From assembly GCF_037042905.1 (NCBI RefSeq), contig NC_087246.1, positions 8,308,001-8,372,000 on the forward strand: 64,000 nt of DNA. The letters are read 5' to 3'. Source of the stretch: Lytechinus pictus (Eukaryota). A model generated the notes under the pieces. It was not told the origin of the DNA and searched no databases. It worked only from the letters and a program-made list of their open reading frames with translations. The position numbers were made by a program, and so were the translations under genes. Every line of letters begins with the position of its first letter. Positions within the stretch are counted from its first letter, which is position 1. This document shows, one piece after another, positions 25,801 to 37,800 of the stretch.

Positions 25801-28800
25801 CTTTATTGGCTTTCCATATATGTGAGTTTTTTCCCCCAAAATGCTATATTTTTTATTTGGCAGCCATTTCAAAAGTGTATAGTTTTTTTTGGGACGCACT
25901 GTATAAGTGTTATAGTTTATTCACAATTTCAAATTGGTGTTATAGTTCTTTCACACTTTCAGTATTTCATACCTTGGTAAAGTTCAAAAAGACAAATTGT
26001 TAAATTTTAAAGTTGCAATTTCTTGGTACATTGGTGTTATATTTCATCCAAGCTAGCAGATTTTTAATGTTAGTTGTGGTAGGACAATTGTTTAGCATTG
26101 TCAGATATTAAAGTAACATACGTTACTATTTTCAAAGTAACTTTATTTCTACTTTTCACTCTTTACATTTAATTAAAATTGCAAACAGAACGAGGGAGTT
26201 GATATAAATACCATTTAATATCTGAAAACACAACTGACCCCGCGTTTTGATTATCACTCACACTTCCACACGTCTGGCACTTTACATTTGAATATAAAAT
26301 GCCCATATTCTGAGCACCGTGTAATCTAAATTTCCCGTGGATTAAAACCATTTTGTGATAATAGTTGGTCCATTTTGTTTCATGATATTATTTGAGAATG
26401 TAACCAATCAACTTTCAGTTATTTTCGTGCATACAATTCTAAACCTTCGTAGTTATTTTCAGATTTTTAGAACATGTAATTTACGTTACCTTTCATGAAA
26501 CCTACGTTACCATATTTAATGAGACAATTACATATTACATGCTGCCCGTTCGTTGAATTTGATGAACATCCTGTAAAACTTAATCATTACATGACTTTAT
26601 AAATGTTTAAATCTTACCTTTATCTTTCAGATTTATTGTTCGAAGTAAAAAGATACGATTCGTGATTTTGACAGTCAAATTTCTTTATAGAAATTAATGT
26701 TTTCAAACTTCAATTCCCCTCAGTGGTTTTCGCAATCAAACTCAAGGGAAGTAATAGACCATTATCGTACAATTTTTGGCACCAAATTGATTATTTCAGA
26801 AGTGGCAAATTAGTTCTACTCAATAGAAATAGATTTCACCACGACTATTAAAGGTGTAATGCTCTGTAACGTAGGTTTCACACTGAATTATACATGTCAT
26901 TACGAAAACGTGAAAATTTAGTCAATCAGCAAAATTCAAAAGCCAATAATCAACGGATATTAACTTGACAATACATGCATTCTTTTCATAATAAAATGAT
27001 ATGTGTTGAACAAAGTTTATTTTTCTGATTTGTTGAGTTTCCAATTGCGCCGAGATAGTGGTTTTGACCCTCGTGCGTTGTAACGCTGTGAAAAAGAAAA
27101 GAATCCAACCTCATAAATCGAAAATATTAATGAAAAATTGCATCTCAATTAACTATTAGTGTGATTACATGGGGATTATGCTGTGAATTTGGCATTTATA
27201 CCTGACTTCTCGGGATGAAATTCTCTTATATAATTTTTGCATTTACCTCTCTGTTTATAGGCCTATTTTAGATAATAATAGATAACAATATTCATTATAT
27301 CAGATAAAATAAAAAATATACAACGTACATTAATGGAAAGATTGACAATTAATTCAAAAGACAGTGAATTAGCCAATCTTCTCCGCTGGATATCCCTACC
27401 TTTAACTGCATCGTCCTTTTCCACATTTCCTTCATTCACGTCACTTGATGTTCTCATGACCAATTTGTTTATGTTGGATCCTGGGTGTTGGATATAATAT
27501 TTTTATTTCTATATAGGCCTACTATATGTAACTTGCTTTAATTTGTAAAAAATATATCATTAACAATAATTTGTATAAGTTAGTGTTTTGATCTTTGATT
27601 ATATGCACTATTATAATAGCAAGTATAGTATAAAGCACTGGCGTAAATCCGTGTTGATGGGTGGGGGGATGACTGAAATATTTTGGCATTTTTTTTGCAA
27701 TCATGTTTTTAGATATGCAAGGAATTGTCATTGATATGTCCACAGTGGCGTACCGTGGGTCACGGCATGGGGGGGGTACCAGCAAAATTTTTGAATCACT
27801 GAGTGAGTGCGCTAGTGAGCGCGCGAAGCGCGCTCAGTTGCCAGTTATACTGACCTAATAGAGACATTTTAAGGACAATGTCATTAAACGGATATGTATC
27901 TCACTGATCAAATAATGCGAGCGCGAAGCGCGAGCTTAAATTTTTTTATATTCACACCTAAAAAGGGACATTATAATCAAATTAGTGTAATCACGATAGG
28001 TATCTGTCTCGCTAAACAATGCAAGCGCGAAGCGCGAGCTGAAAATTTAGATAATTCAGACCTGAAGTGGGGCATTCTAAGGTTTCTTTGTAGGAATTAT
28101 TAACTAGGACCATACGTATTTCATTAACCAAATGATGCGAGCGCGAAGCGCGAGCTGAACATTTTTGATATTCAGATCAGAAGAAGGGACATTTTAAGGA
28201 CTGATTTTAGGAATTCATGAAGAGCAGACATATCTCACCAATCCACTAATGCGAACGTAATCACGGACAGGAAATGTTTCATATATACGAAGACCTTAAC
28301 ATGGGGCAATCACTTTTTGAGTCATGAAAAAGAAGCATATGTCACTACATAAAACAATGATAACTCAAGTGCTAGGAAATATATTTGGTTTATATTGACT
28401 TGAAAACGGGAGGTTTTAGTACAACAGGATTATATATCTCGTTAAACAGACAATGCGAGCAGCAGGAACAATGAAGACGTAGGCCCTGGGCAAATTATGT
28501 TTCATAAAGTTATGATAAAAATGTTTCTTATGTAATGTAACATAAACATAATTCTAATATAATATAACATTATAATGAATAATATTTTCTTCTTTCCCAC
28601 TACGTTTCTCTTCCTTTCTCCCTCTTTTCTCCTTTTCCCCCCTTTCCCCGTTTTTTTTTTTGTCAGCCGATGGGGGGGGGGGGATGTGCCCCCCATGCCC
28701 CCCGTAGTTACGCCACTGTATGTCCATATGGCAAATACCCCTCCAATATTATTATCTTTTTTACCCCATGATGGTTTAATGGTTTTATTAGAGCTAGATT

Positions 28801-31800
28801 ACATTAATTTCTTTTGACATTCCATCTTAATCCCTTCACAAAGACCCCAACATTGATGAATTGGAAGAAACGGGGGTTTCTCTTCAATGTTATAATAAGG
28901 ACATAAGTATTTCGTTTGGAAATGGTGAACTGGCTCTTTATTTGCATTTTATGATTCAATAATATTGTTTTATTTGTTGAGCGGTATTTTAGGAAGAATT
29001 TTCACCAATAAAACAATTATCTCTTGTGATTTTTTTTTTCATTTCTTTCGTAAAAAGTGGGGGGATGTTTGTACAGGCCATCCCCCCCTCCTCGAAAAGT
29101 GGGGGGGGGGGGATATATCCCCCCATCCCCCCGGGATTTACGCCAGTGGTATAAAGGGTATCTCATTACTGTTCTTGGCGTTACACCAGTGTACATTCTA
29201 AATTCCGAGGTTTTACAAATAAATCCAGATCGGCTGTGAATAGTGACCAGCCGAATATTAGATTAAGATTTAAACCATATAGGATTTAAACATATAAAGT
29301 TAAAACATTTGAATTTAAATCATTTGAGATTTAAAAGTTAATCCTACAGATTAAATATATAACAAAAATTTGGCTGGTTACCATTCACAGCCGATCTGGA
29401 TTTATTTTAAATCCATGGAATTCAGAGTGTACGTGTTGATTTTTTTTTCTCATAGGAACATAATAAATTCCCAAAATCTGCAGGCCTATATGGCACCGAA
29501 AATGAAATATTGATTAAAAAATGTAGAGAATGACTTTTTCCAATAACTATTTGCTTTTTAATTCCCTTCACTTTAAGTTAGAATCGATTTTTATTCGCTT
29601 TTTAAGGGTGGGTGTAATTAAAATGTCATACGCACCCAATCAAAGTTACTTTGACACACTGATCAAAATAAAATACAAGGGGCGCGACTGCATGGATCCC
29701 TCCCTAAAGTGAAAATGAACATGACATAATAAATGATTGTGATTTTATGCACCCCCTTTTTCAAAATCACTCTGCGGCCCCGTATGTAAATGATATTATA
29801 ATTTTGAAAACCTTATTATAAAACAAATCTGAATAATCAAACTCAGGTCCATATATAGGCTAGCCAATGAAATTAAAAAAAGAAAATTAGAAGATCAAAT
29901 TAGTTATACTTTTAAAATGACAAACAAAACTGAATATGCAAAACGCGTGTTTACCGGTTTATGACATAGGCCGGTGCCAATGTTTGGAAATCTTTGCCAT
30001 AAAGTTAACACATACACAGTTAATTAACACAATTTCAAGACAGGTAATTATGATGATCACTCAACAGCTGACAATTTGTATAACATCTTATTCCAAGTAT
30101 TTTCAGTTTTGCAATATGTTTGGTTTTAGTACTCACAATTTTGCAACCGTTTTTATATGATAAGTTTATTAAGTTTGCATTTATGAATCTCTTTCATGAT
30201 ATTGTTATCAACTGGTTTTATACACTCAGTTTTAGTAATAATAATCTTTGTAGTATAATACAAATATCCTCAGTCTTCCCGCCCTTTTTCTTCTCTTCTT
30301 CTCCTCCTCCTTATTCCTCTCCTTCTTATTATTCTATCCTTGATTTGTTCACATAATATTGGTCTTATCATTATAGGATCACAAACGCCGGCCATAATTA
30401 TATCAACAGATATCAGCCGGAATCTGCCGGATCATGTTAAATTTGCAGGACCTAGAACGATATGCCTAGGCCTGCATGTTATTTTTAATATTCATCCTTC
30501 CAAATAATCAGAAAATAGAAGTCATTATGATACATCGAAATGTTATGACCAAAGCAATAACGATTGGGATCGATGTATATCGTTGGACTCATATATTATG
30601 CCCTATAGATAGGTCTATATAGGCAGCTAGTTTTGTCCTCAGTTTTGATAGATTCTTTGTTAATTTGAACTTTAATCCAGTGCGATTTACAATTTTGCTT
30701 TTCCATTTGCTTTCGAGCTCATATGTCATCATTTTGTTCCGTTTCTGTGCTATCACTGTACATCCCCCATAGGTACTGTACGCGCATGGCAGGCTGCGAA
30801 GACCTATCGAGTAATGGCAGCCGGTCTCCGCGTAATCACAGAGATTTGACGAAGTACGCCCTCTAGCGTTATTAGTATATATATATCTCTATGCTATAAA
30901 CACATCTTGTATGTTATGGGGGGTCTTTGTTTTATTAGTATCTCTTTTTGTGATTTGTTATTTTTAAATATCTGGGTCTTGAGGAAAGACTACGCTATAC
31001 TTCTATGTTAGAATGATACACGTCGTATAAGCTAAAACAACAACAACAACAGTTATTTAACATTAAGAAGAATTAATTTTCGATCTTTGTCTGGAAGATT
31101 GTTTAAATGTTTTATATAACTGTGTCTGGAGAAAAAAGACTGTGACTTTGCGCTATATGAACGCATTACTATAGGGTTTTAGTTCAGAACAGATTCGCGA
31201 AAAACCCCTTCAAATTTATTACATTTGTGGGTTAAGTCATTATTACATTTGTGGGCGATGAAAAAATTATTACATTTGTGGGTGAAATTATTACATTTGT
31301 GGGTAAAGTGTTACTACATTTGTGGGCGTTATTACATTTGTGGGCGTTTATTACATTTGTGGGTGTAACACCCCCCCCCCCGCCGCCTCTTTGAAAGCAT
31401 TTCATTGCCGATGGCACTGTAGCTTCCTTATGCAGGCATGCATGTTTCTCAATTTAACAGTAATGTTATGACACATTTCATGAGAAATAGACTTAATATT
31501 GATAAAAACAGTGATTTGCACATATCCCAGAGGTTTGCACATTTCCCGTGAAAATTGTTCATTTGTACATATCCCGTCGTCACGTTTGCACAGATGCCGT
31601 TGATAAATTTTGACAGATTTCCAAATTTCCCAGCATGGCGTTTGCACAAATACCGTTGTTTGCACAAATCCCGGCGAAATTTTGCACATATACTGTTGTT
31701 TGCACATATCCCGGCGTTTGCACATAACACGGCTCCACAGGGGTACGGTACCCATCTCAACGTCCACAAGTGATGTTTTAGTCATGAAATGAATTATTCA

Positions 31801-34800
31801 TAATTTAATTTTCTCTGCAATTGAATGCTCCAGTCTTCATGGTCTATATGTATGTATGATGCATAATTCACCTGTGCTATTATTTTGAAAAGATTTATTT
31901 CCCAATTCATCATAATATTTGCAATTTTGTCATAATTTTCTTTTTGAAAATTATGCTATTTTGTGACTAAGGCTACGTCTCGTCTGCTCTTTTTACCGAT
32001 AGTATCGATATCAAGGTATTCTAGTTAGGAAGCCTTTCGAGAAACAGGTTTAGTAAGATTGGAACTAACTCCATGGTCGGTGGATAAAGATATGACTAAC
32101 TTGTCCATGTGTTGAGAAACGGGCCCCAGGATGCTGCACTAACCATAATGTATACAAATGATGACCAAGTGAGTGCAAGACTCTTTTGAACTTCCATAAG
32201 TCATAACTCTCACATAAGATGCATCTTTTTACTTGCACTAAGTTTAGTTTTGTTCAACTGCACCAAATGTCATGTGTTTTTGTGATTGCGGTCTCAGCCA
32301 AGTACGACTATACTCTGTAAAGAGGACTGTACTCAATGGAAGAAGAAGAATTTCATTATCAATTTTCATGAACCATTTTTTGAAGAAGAAAATTGCTTCT
32401 TTTAACTCTTTCCAATATGGCAATAAGATTGATTCTCTCCTTTGATTAAATGGAACAAGGGTGCTTGCACAATTTTTGTTTATTCACAATGATAGAGATT
32501 CAAATTGAAAATTATGATTTACTTTGTTTGCAGGCAGCGCTGTCACCCATTGAAGATGACTTGGATAATTTTGGAGAGCGGGTGGGGGAGGAGATTGAAG
32601 CCCTTGGGAACCAGTGCGAGGAGAATCCACCTTATGTCAAGCACTTTGATGCATGGGGGAATCGTGTGGATGATTTAATCACATGTGAAGCATGGAAAAA
32701 ACAAAAGGCCATAGCAGCTGAGGAAGGGATCGTGGCTATTCCATATGAAAGGAAATATGGATCTTGGAGGTAATGCTTTTAATTGTGTTTTTAAGTTAGC
32801 AGTCAGGGACCAAAATATGGCATCTAGAAGTAAAACAGTGTTCTGTGTGCTATATAAATGGGCTAATATGATTATGTTCTTGAGAAGTGTATCATGGCAA
32901 GAATGCTAGATGGAGTAATCTGGAAAAAATTGAAACATTGCATAACGGAGGAAAGAAAAAAAGTGAAATTGGTCACATGAGATCAGATATGACCTGATCC
33001 ACCTTTGACCTTTGTTAAAAAAAAGGAACAAACCAAAATACAAATTGTAAAGCCTTAATCAGTGAAGCATTAAAAGTAAAAAAGATCATGTTTGAAGGTT
33101 TGCAAGGTGATATGGACGATCGCCGAGTGAAGATAGAGCAGGAGAGGGGACTCAAAGTTCCGGCAGATTAACTCTCAGATCCATGAAGACAGGACAGTCA
33201 ACCTGCTTGAAACGTCAAGTCTTCTGTTTTGCTCCTCTCTACAACTCCACCTGCCGACTCAAGCCAGCCTCCTCTTATCTCTCCAACTTAAGTCAGCATT
33301 ATCTCAAATACTCAAGCCTATCATCTCTCAAACTCAAAGTAGCCTTCTTTTCCCACTACTCAAGCTTCTCAAATTTTTCTGATTTATAGTCCAATAAGGA
33401 TAACACTCTATAACAAAAGAATACTCTACTTTCTAACCTCCACTTTCTTGCCTGTCCATTTCACTTTTAACTCTATCCCATTTTCTGTAGTCCTTTCCAC
33501 ATGGTGTAGAGTAAACCACTTCCACTTCTGCAAAAGTCAAGAAAAGTGAAGATTTGTCTGATCAATCGACAATTGTCTAAATTAGTCTTGCATGTGACAA
33601 GGCACTTCTTTTATGGAATTTAAGAAACCCTGCTGGTATAACCTCAGAAGGAAATCACACACTTAATGCATGTACATGATGCCTTCTAATGTAGGTTATC
33701 ATAATAATTAGGGTCTTCACATAAAGATATAGATATTATGGTCCAAGCCATGTTTTGCAATATTTCTGAATACATATCTGTACACTATGATTTTTTTTGT
33801 GGGTTTATATTTTATATGGTTTAATAAATTGAAATTGAATTGAATACATAATGTTCAACGTGGGTTCGATTACCAGTCATGACGTGTTTTCCTTAGCAAG
33901 AAATTTACCCACATTTTGCTGCACTCAACCCAGGTGAGGTAAATGGGTATTGGCAGAAAGTAATTCCTCATAAAGTTGTGAGCACCGGAATCGGTAGACT
34001 ACATGTAGCTTAGCCGGGGTAATTACATGTAGGAGTGCCTTGAGTACCTAACAAGGTGGATACATGATGTATGTGCACTATGTAAATTTATTCTTATTAT
34101 TGTATAGCCTATAAATGTACTATCGCAATATAAGTTAGCACTGAAGTACTCGAGTTCTTATTATTCTTGAAATTTAAAGTTCATTTTGATATTTTGGTAA
34201 AATCATGGAATTCTTCATGAGTGACTTTTTTGAAAAAAAATATTCCTTAAATGCCAAGAATAATTTTGTTGCATTGTGCGAAAATTGTATAGGCCGATTC
34301 CATGGTCAGTCGCATAATACACTAATACTAAGCCCTACATACACTTTTTTTTCTAGACCTACTTCAATAAATAGAAGATTATTTTTCTAGATGTGACACT
34401 GTTTGGTTGCAGGAGTCACTATACCAGGCCTGCTTTGTACATAGTCCTATCATTTAGTGATTCAATGTCAACAATACCTTTCTGTTTTTATATATTAGTG
34501 TGTGATTATATTCAATAGAAATGCAGGTTGCAGTTAACCCTTGAATCGTTAGAAAAGATACTGTTCAAAGTCACTTTGGTGACAAAATATTTATTAGGGA
34601 ATAATTTTGCTTATCAAATTCGATTAATAATTTTGGCAATAAGAGAAGAGCTCTCCTATAAGTTCTGTACAGTCCTATCTAAAAATCTGCCATACAAAAG
34701 GCTTTTTGTTGACTTTAAGAATATGTTGAGCAAAATGTACAATGCGATACCAGGAAAATTATTCCGTTTATAATAATAGTGATAATAGTAATTCATTTTA

Positions 34801-37800
34801 AGATAATTTTTTACATGTGCTGGATTGTATAAATCTACCATTGAAATTGAAAGTATGAATACAACAAAACATAAAGTAAACAAAATGTGCAAGGCACAAT
34901 AAATAGTGAAAGCAATTATACAATATGCACAATAACAGGCCTTCTATTTATTTGAAAAGTATCAGTCAAGAGCATCACTCATGTATCTTGCTTGTATTTC
35001 TACAGCCGTGTTTATCAAGCTGCAAAAATGATATTGTATGGGCCATCATCTGGTCTTTATTCCTGTCCTTTGGCTATGACTGATGGAGCTGCTAAGATCT
35101 TTGAGGTAAAATTAGAAGTTTGTATCCACTTGTTCTATTATCAGACAATAATATTGTATACATGTAGCCCTTGATACAGAGTTTCTAAGCACTTTACAAA
35201 AAAAAGATTTAGTAACATACATATAATTGATCATTTAACAAACAAGAATGAAAATTTAGTATGTAAACTATTATCATATTACAAATTACAAATTTGGTAA
35301 CCAACCTACTAATGGTCCAAATTAGTGTTTGATCCAATTATCACTCAGTCTAACTTTCCATAAGTCCAATGTCCTGATGGCCCACTTTCTATTATATGCA
35401 CTTTGTCATGTGAAATTCAATCAGAAACTAAGTGTGTGAAACCAAGTGGATATTAGACGATGACAGTGGCGGACCGTGACCTGGAGGAGACAAAGCATTG
35501 GGGGGTGGGCACAGCATTGTTCACAAACAATACAGTGCCCCTCCAATGCTTTGTCTCCTCCGGGTCACGGTCCGCTACTGGACGAAGACATAGCTTATTG
35601 TGTTTTCAGCCAAATGCCATAAATGTGTTAATAATTTTGGTTTTACTGACATCAATTACTTGATTTTATGAGGTTTATTTATTGATCACAAAAGTGTCAC
35701 CGACAAATTTCAGCATAAATAGAAAAAGATAAAACACAAAAGGTTTAAAAAACAGAAATACATTAGAAATTAAAAAAGCAATAATTAAATAAGATTGCTG
35801 AAAACACCACAACAAAATCAATTACTTGATTTTATGGCGTAATTGGCCATGGCGTAATTTCCTTCAGCAAGAAATTTATCCACATTGTGCTGCGCTTAAC
35901 CCAGGTGAGGTGAATGGGTACCCAGTAGGAAGAAATTCCTTGAATGCTTGAGCGCCTAGGCAGCCCAGCTAAAGTCGGGGTAATAATAATAGCAGGGTCT
36001 GCTGGGAGAACAGTTTTCAGAACTGAAGTGGCTTCCCTGGGTAAATATACCTACATTATTATTATCACAAAATTCTATACCAAAAGTTAGCACATTTGTA
36101 ATTGTCACTGACAAATTTCAGCGTAAAAAAAGAATGAAAAACAAAAGGTCGAAAAAACAGAAATACATGTATGAAATTTAAAAAGCAATAATTGAATAGG
36201 ATTGCTGAGAGCACCGCAAAGGATTTCTACACTGAAAATTGGCACATTTACGGCTTTATTTAGGGAGTAAGAGCAAAATGTATAATTTCACATATTAATT
36301 ACACAAATTAATTGTGCATACATATAGTTAAGCCTAATTAACTAAAACTTTTTTTTTCTTGAAAAAAAAACACTGAACAGTTTTGTAGATTACATTACAG
36401 ACGAGGTGCACGCTAATTTGTGCATTCCATGGCCAAGATCTCAAGGGGGGGGGGGGGAATCTACAAGCCCAGCCTAGCTATGTTGAATAAGTTATTTGGG
36501 ATATTGCAGTGTGATTTGTTCTTGAACTGAATATTTGCAAAGATTAGATAACTCGGACCAGTTCTATTAGATCTGTTAATCAGCTGAGTGTTTGTCCATA
36601 AATGATAGATAGTAGACTCCATACGTCATGGGGGTGGTGTGATGTTTCATATTTAATTTGATTGGTTTTTTTTCTACTGTTTGCCATACGCATGCACTTA
36701 ATTTACAGAATACTGATGAATCGATCCAGGATCCTTGAAATAATATTTCTTTTTATTATTTAGTACACTGTACAAGTTACTTGTTTGATTGCATTACCCT
36801 ATCAAAGTATCAAGCATGAATGTGAAGAGATACAGTGTACAAAATAAATTCATATAAATTATATTATTTTGTAAAGGAATCATGTACAGTGAAAGAGAAA
36901 CTACAATTTATTGCTCATTTCAAAAATAGGCTTTCAAATTATTCATTGAACATGAGGAATGTTTACCCAATAACTTTGACCTATACTATCAACCCAATAC
37001 ACAGAGTTGTAAAAAAAATGTTTATGCTGCTTTATTTGAAATTTGCACATGTAAGATATTGAGTATGTTTTTCAGTTGTTACCATACTTCTGCACAGGTC
37101 ATTGCCACATTGTAGTTTGTATACCGGTAACTGGCACTTCCTCATACATGTATTTGTGTAACATGTACTGTTATTTCATCATTTAAACCATGTTTGTTTG
37201 AAATTATGCTTTGCTTGAATTTCTTTACCTGATGCGGGATGAGCACCATATCATTAATGTGCTATTCTACCGTTAAGTAGAGCAAATGTATTCATCGTAA
37301 TCTTACTGATGTGATATTCATTTCAGAATGATAGTGTGCTTTCATCTGAGTTGCAACGGAGTGCCTTTGGTCATTTGACATCTCGGAAGCCTGAAACATT
37401 TTGGACATCTGGACAATGGATGACAGAGAAGAAAGGAGGATCCGATGTAGGTTAGTACTACTCAATAACCTTTATGACCTGGATCATTCAATTTCAAAGA
37501 CAGATATTTTTGCACATGCATTCTTCTATTTCAGTCATTTCTATCTTTAGCCTGAATGTGCATGTAGATGTGTGAGTTTTAAAACACTCACACGTATTTG
37601 AAGTAATCTTAAAGAAAAACTTCATAGTTATTGAGGATTCATCCGCCTTACCAGAATCATTGCACAGTTATACTATTTATTGGGACTTGGACAGCTTAGA
37701 GTTCTTTTGATGTTTCTAGTCTGTTCATCGGTGTACCTCTTGACCAAAGCTATCAACATTTGCATACAATCGCTTGACCGGAGCATTATTGAGTCACCTT

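Larger units (their letters stand above)
18917..27070 (+). mobile_element. Full-length Sola2 DNA transposon
   Basis: Perfect 29-bp TIRs GGGTCAAAACCACTATCTCGGCGCAATTG (18917-18945, 27042-27070); 4-bp TSD TCGT; intact transposase ORF. Confidence 0.9.
18775..30893. mobile_element. P-element-like non-autonomous transposon (CATAGAG termini)
   Basis: TIR CATAGAGAT..TATACTAAT.ACGCTAGAG, extending imperfectly ~110 bp (GTGATT.CGCGGAG..GCCATT.CTCGATAGGTCT); perfect 8-bp TSD CTATAAAC. Confidence 0.78.
14310..31150. repeat. Dispersed ~120-bp unit array (TTCCTCCAGACCCAGTTATTTCAAAA) that switches orientation near 18100-18400; split by later insertions
   Basis: + copies at 14340-15230, ~15570 and 17880-18060; inverted copies at 18380-18740 and 30960-31140. 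Confidence 0.6.
12495..31739. mobile_element. Non-autonomous DNA transposon with TGT..ACA ends and ~270-bp TIRs (Ginger-like)
   Basis: TIRs 12495-12758 and 31453-31739 built of GGGATATGTGCAAA-like units; 5-bp TSD GGGGT (12490-94, 31740-44). Confidence 0.8.
11834..32126. mobile_element. PIF/Harbinger-type MITE (outermost layer of the intron-1 nest)
   Basis: TIR GGACCCGTTTCTCAACAC / GTGTTGAGAAACGGGCCC; 3-bp TSD CAG (11831-33, 32127-29). Confidence 0.8.

Noticed and set aside
31215-31370. CRISPR-like look of TTACATTTGTGGG units with short spacers
   Set aside because: Eukaryotic context, repeats only 13 bp, spacers 5-14 bp, no cas genes; these are transposon subterminal repeats.
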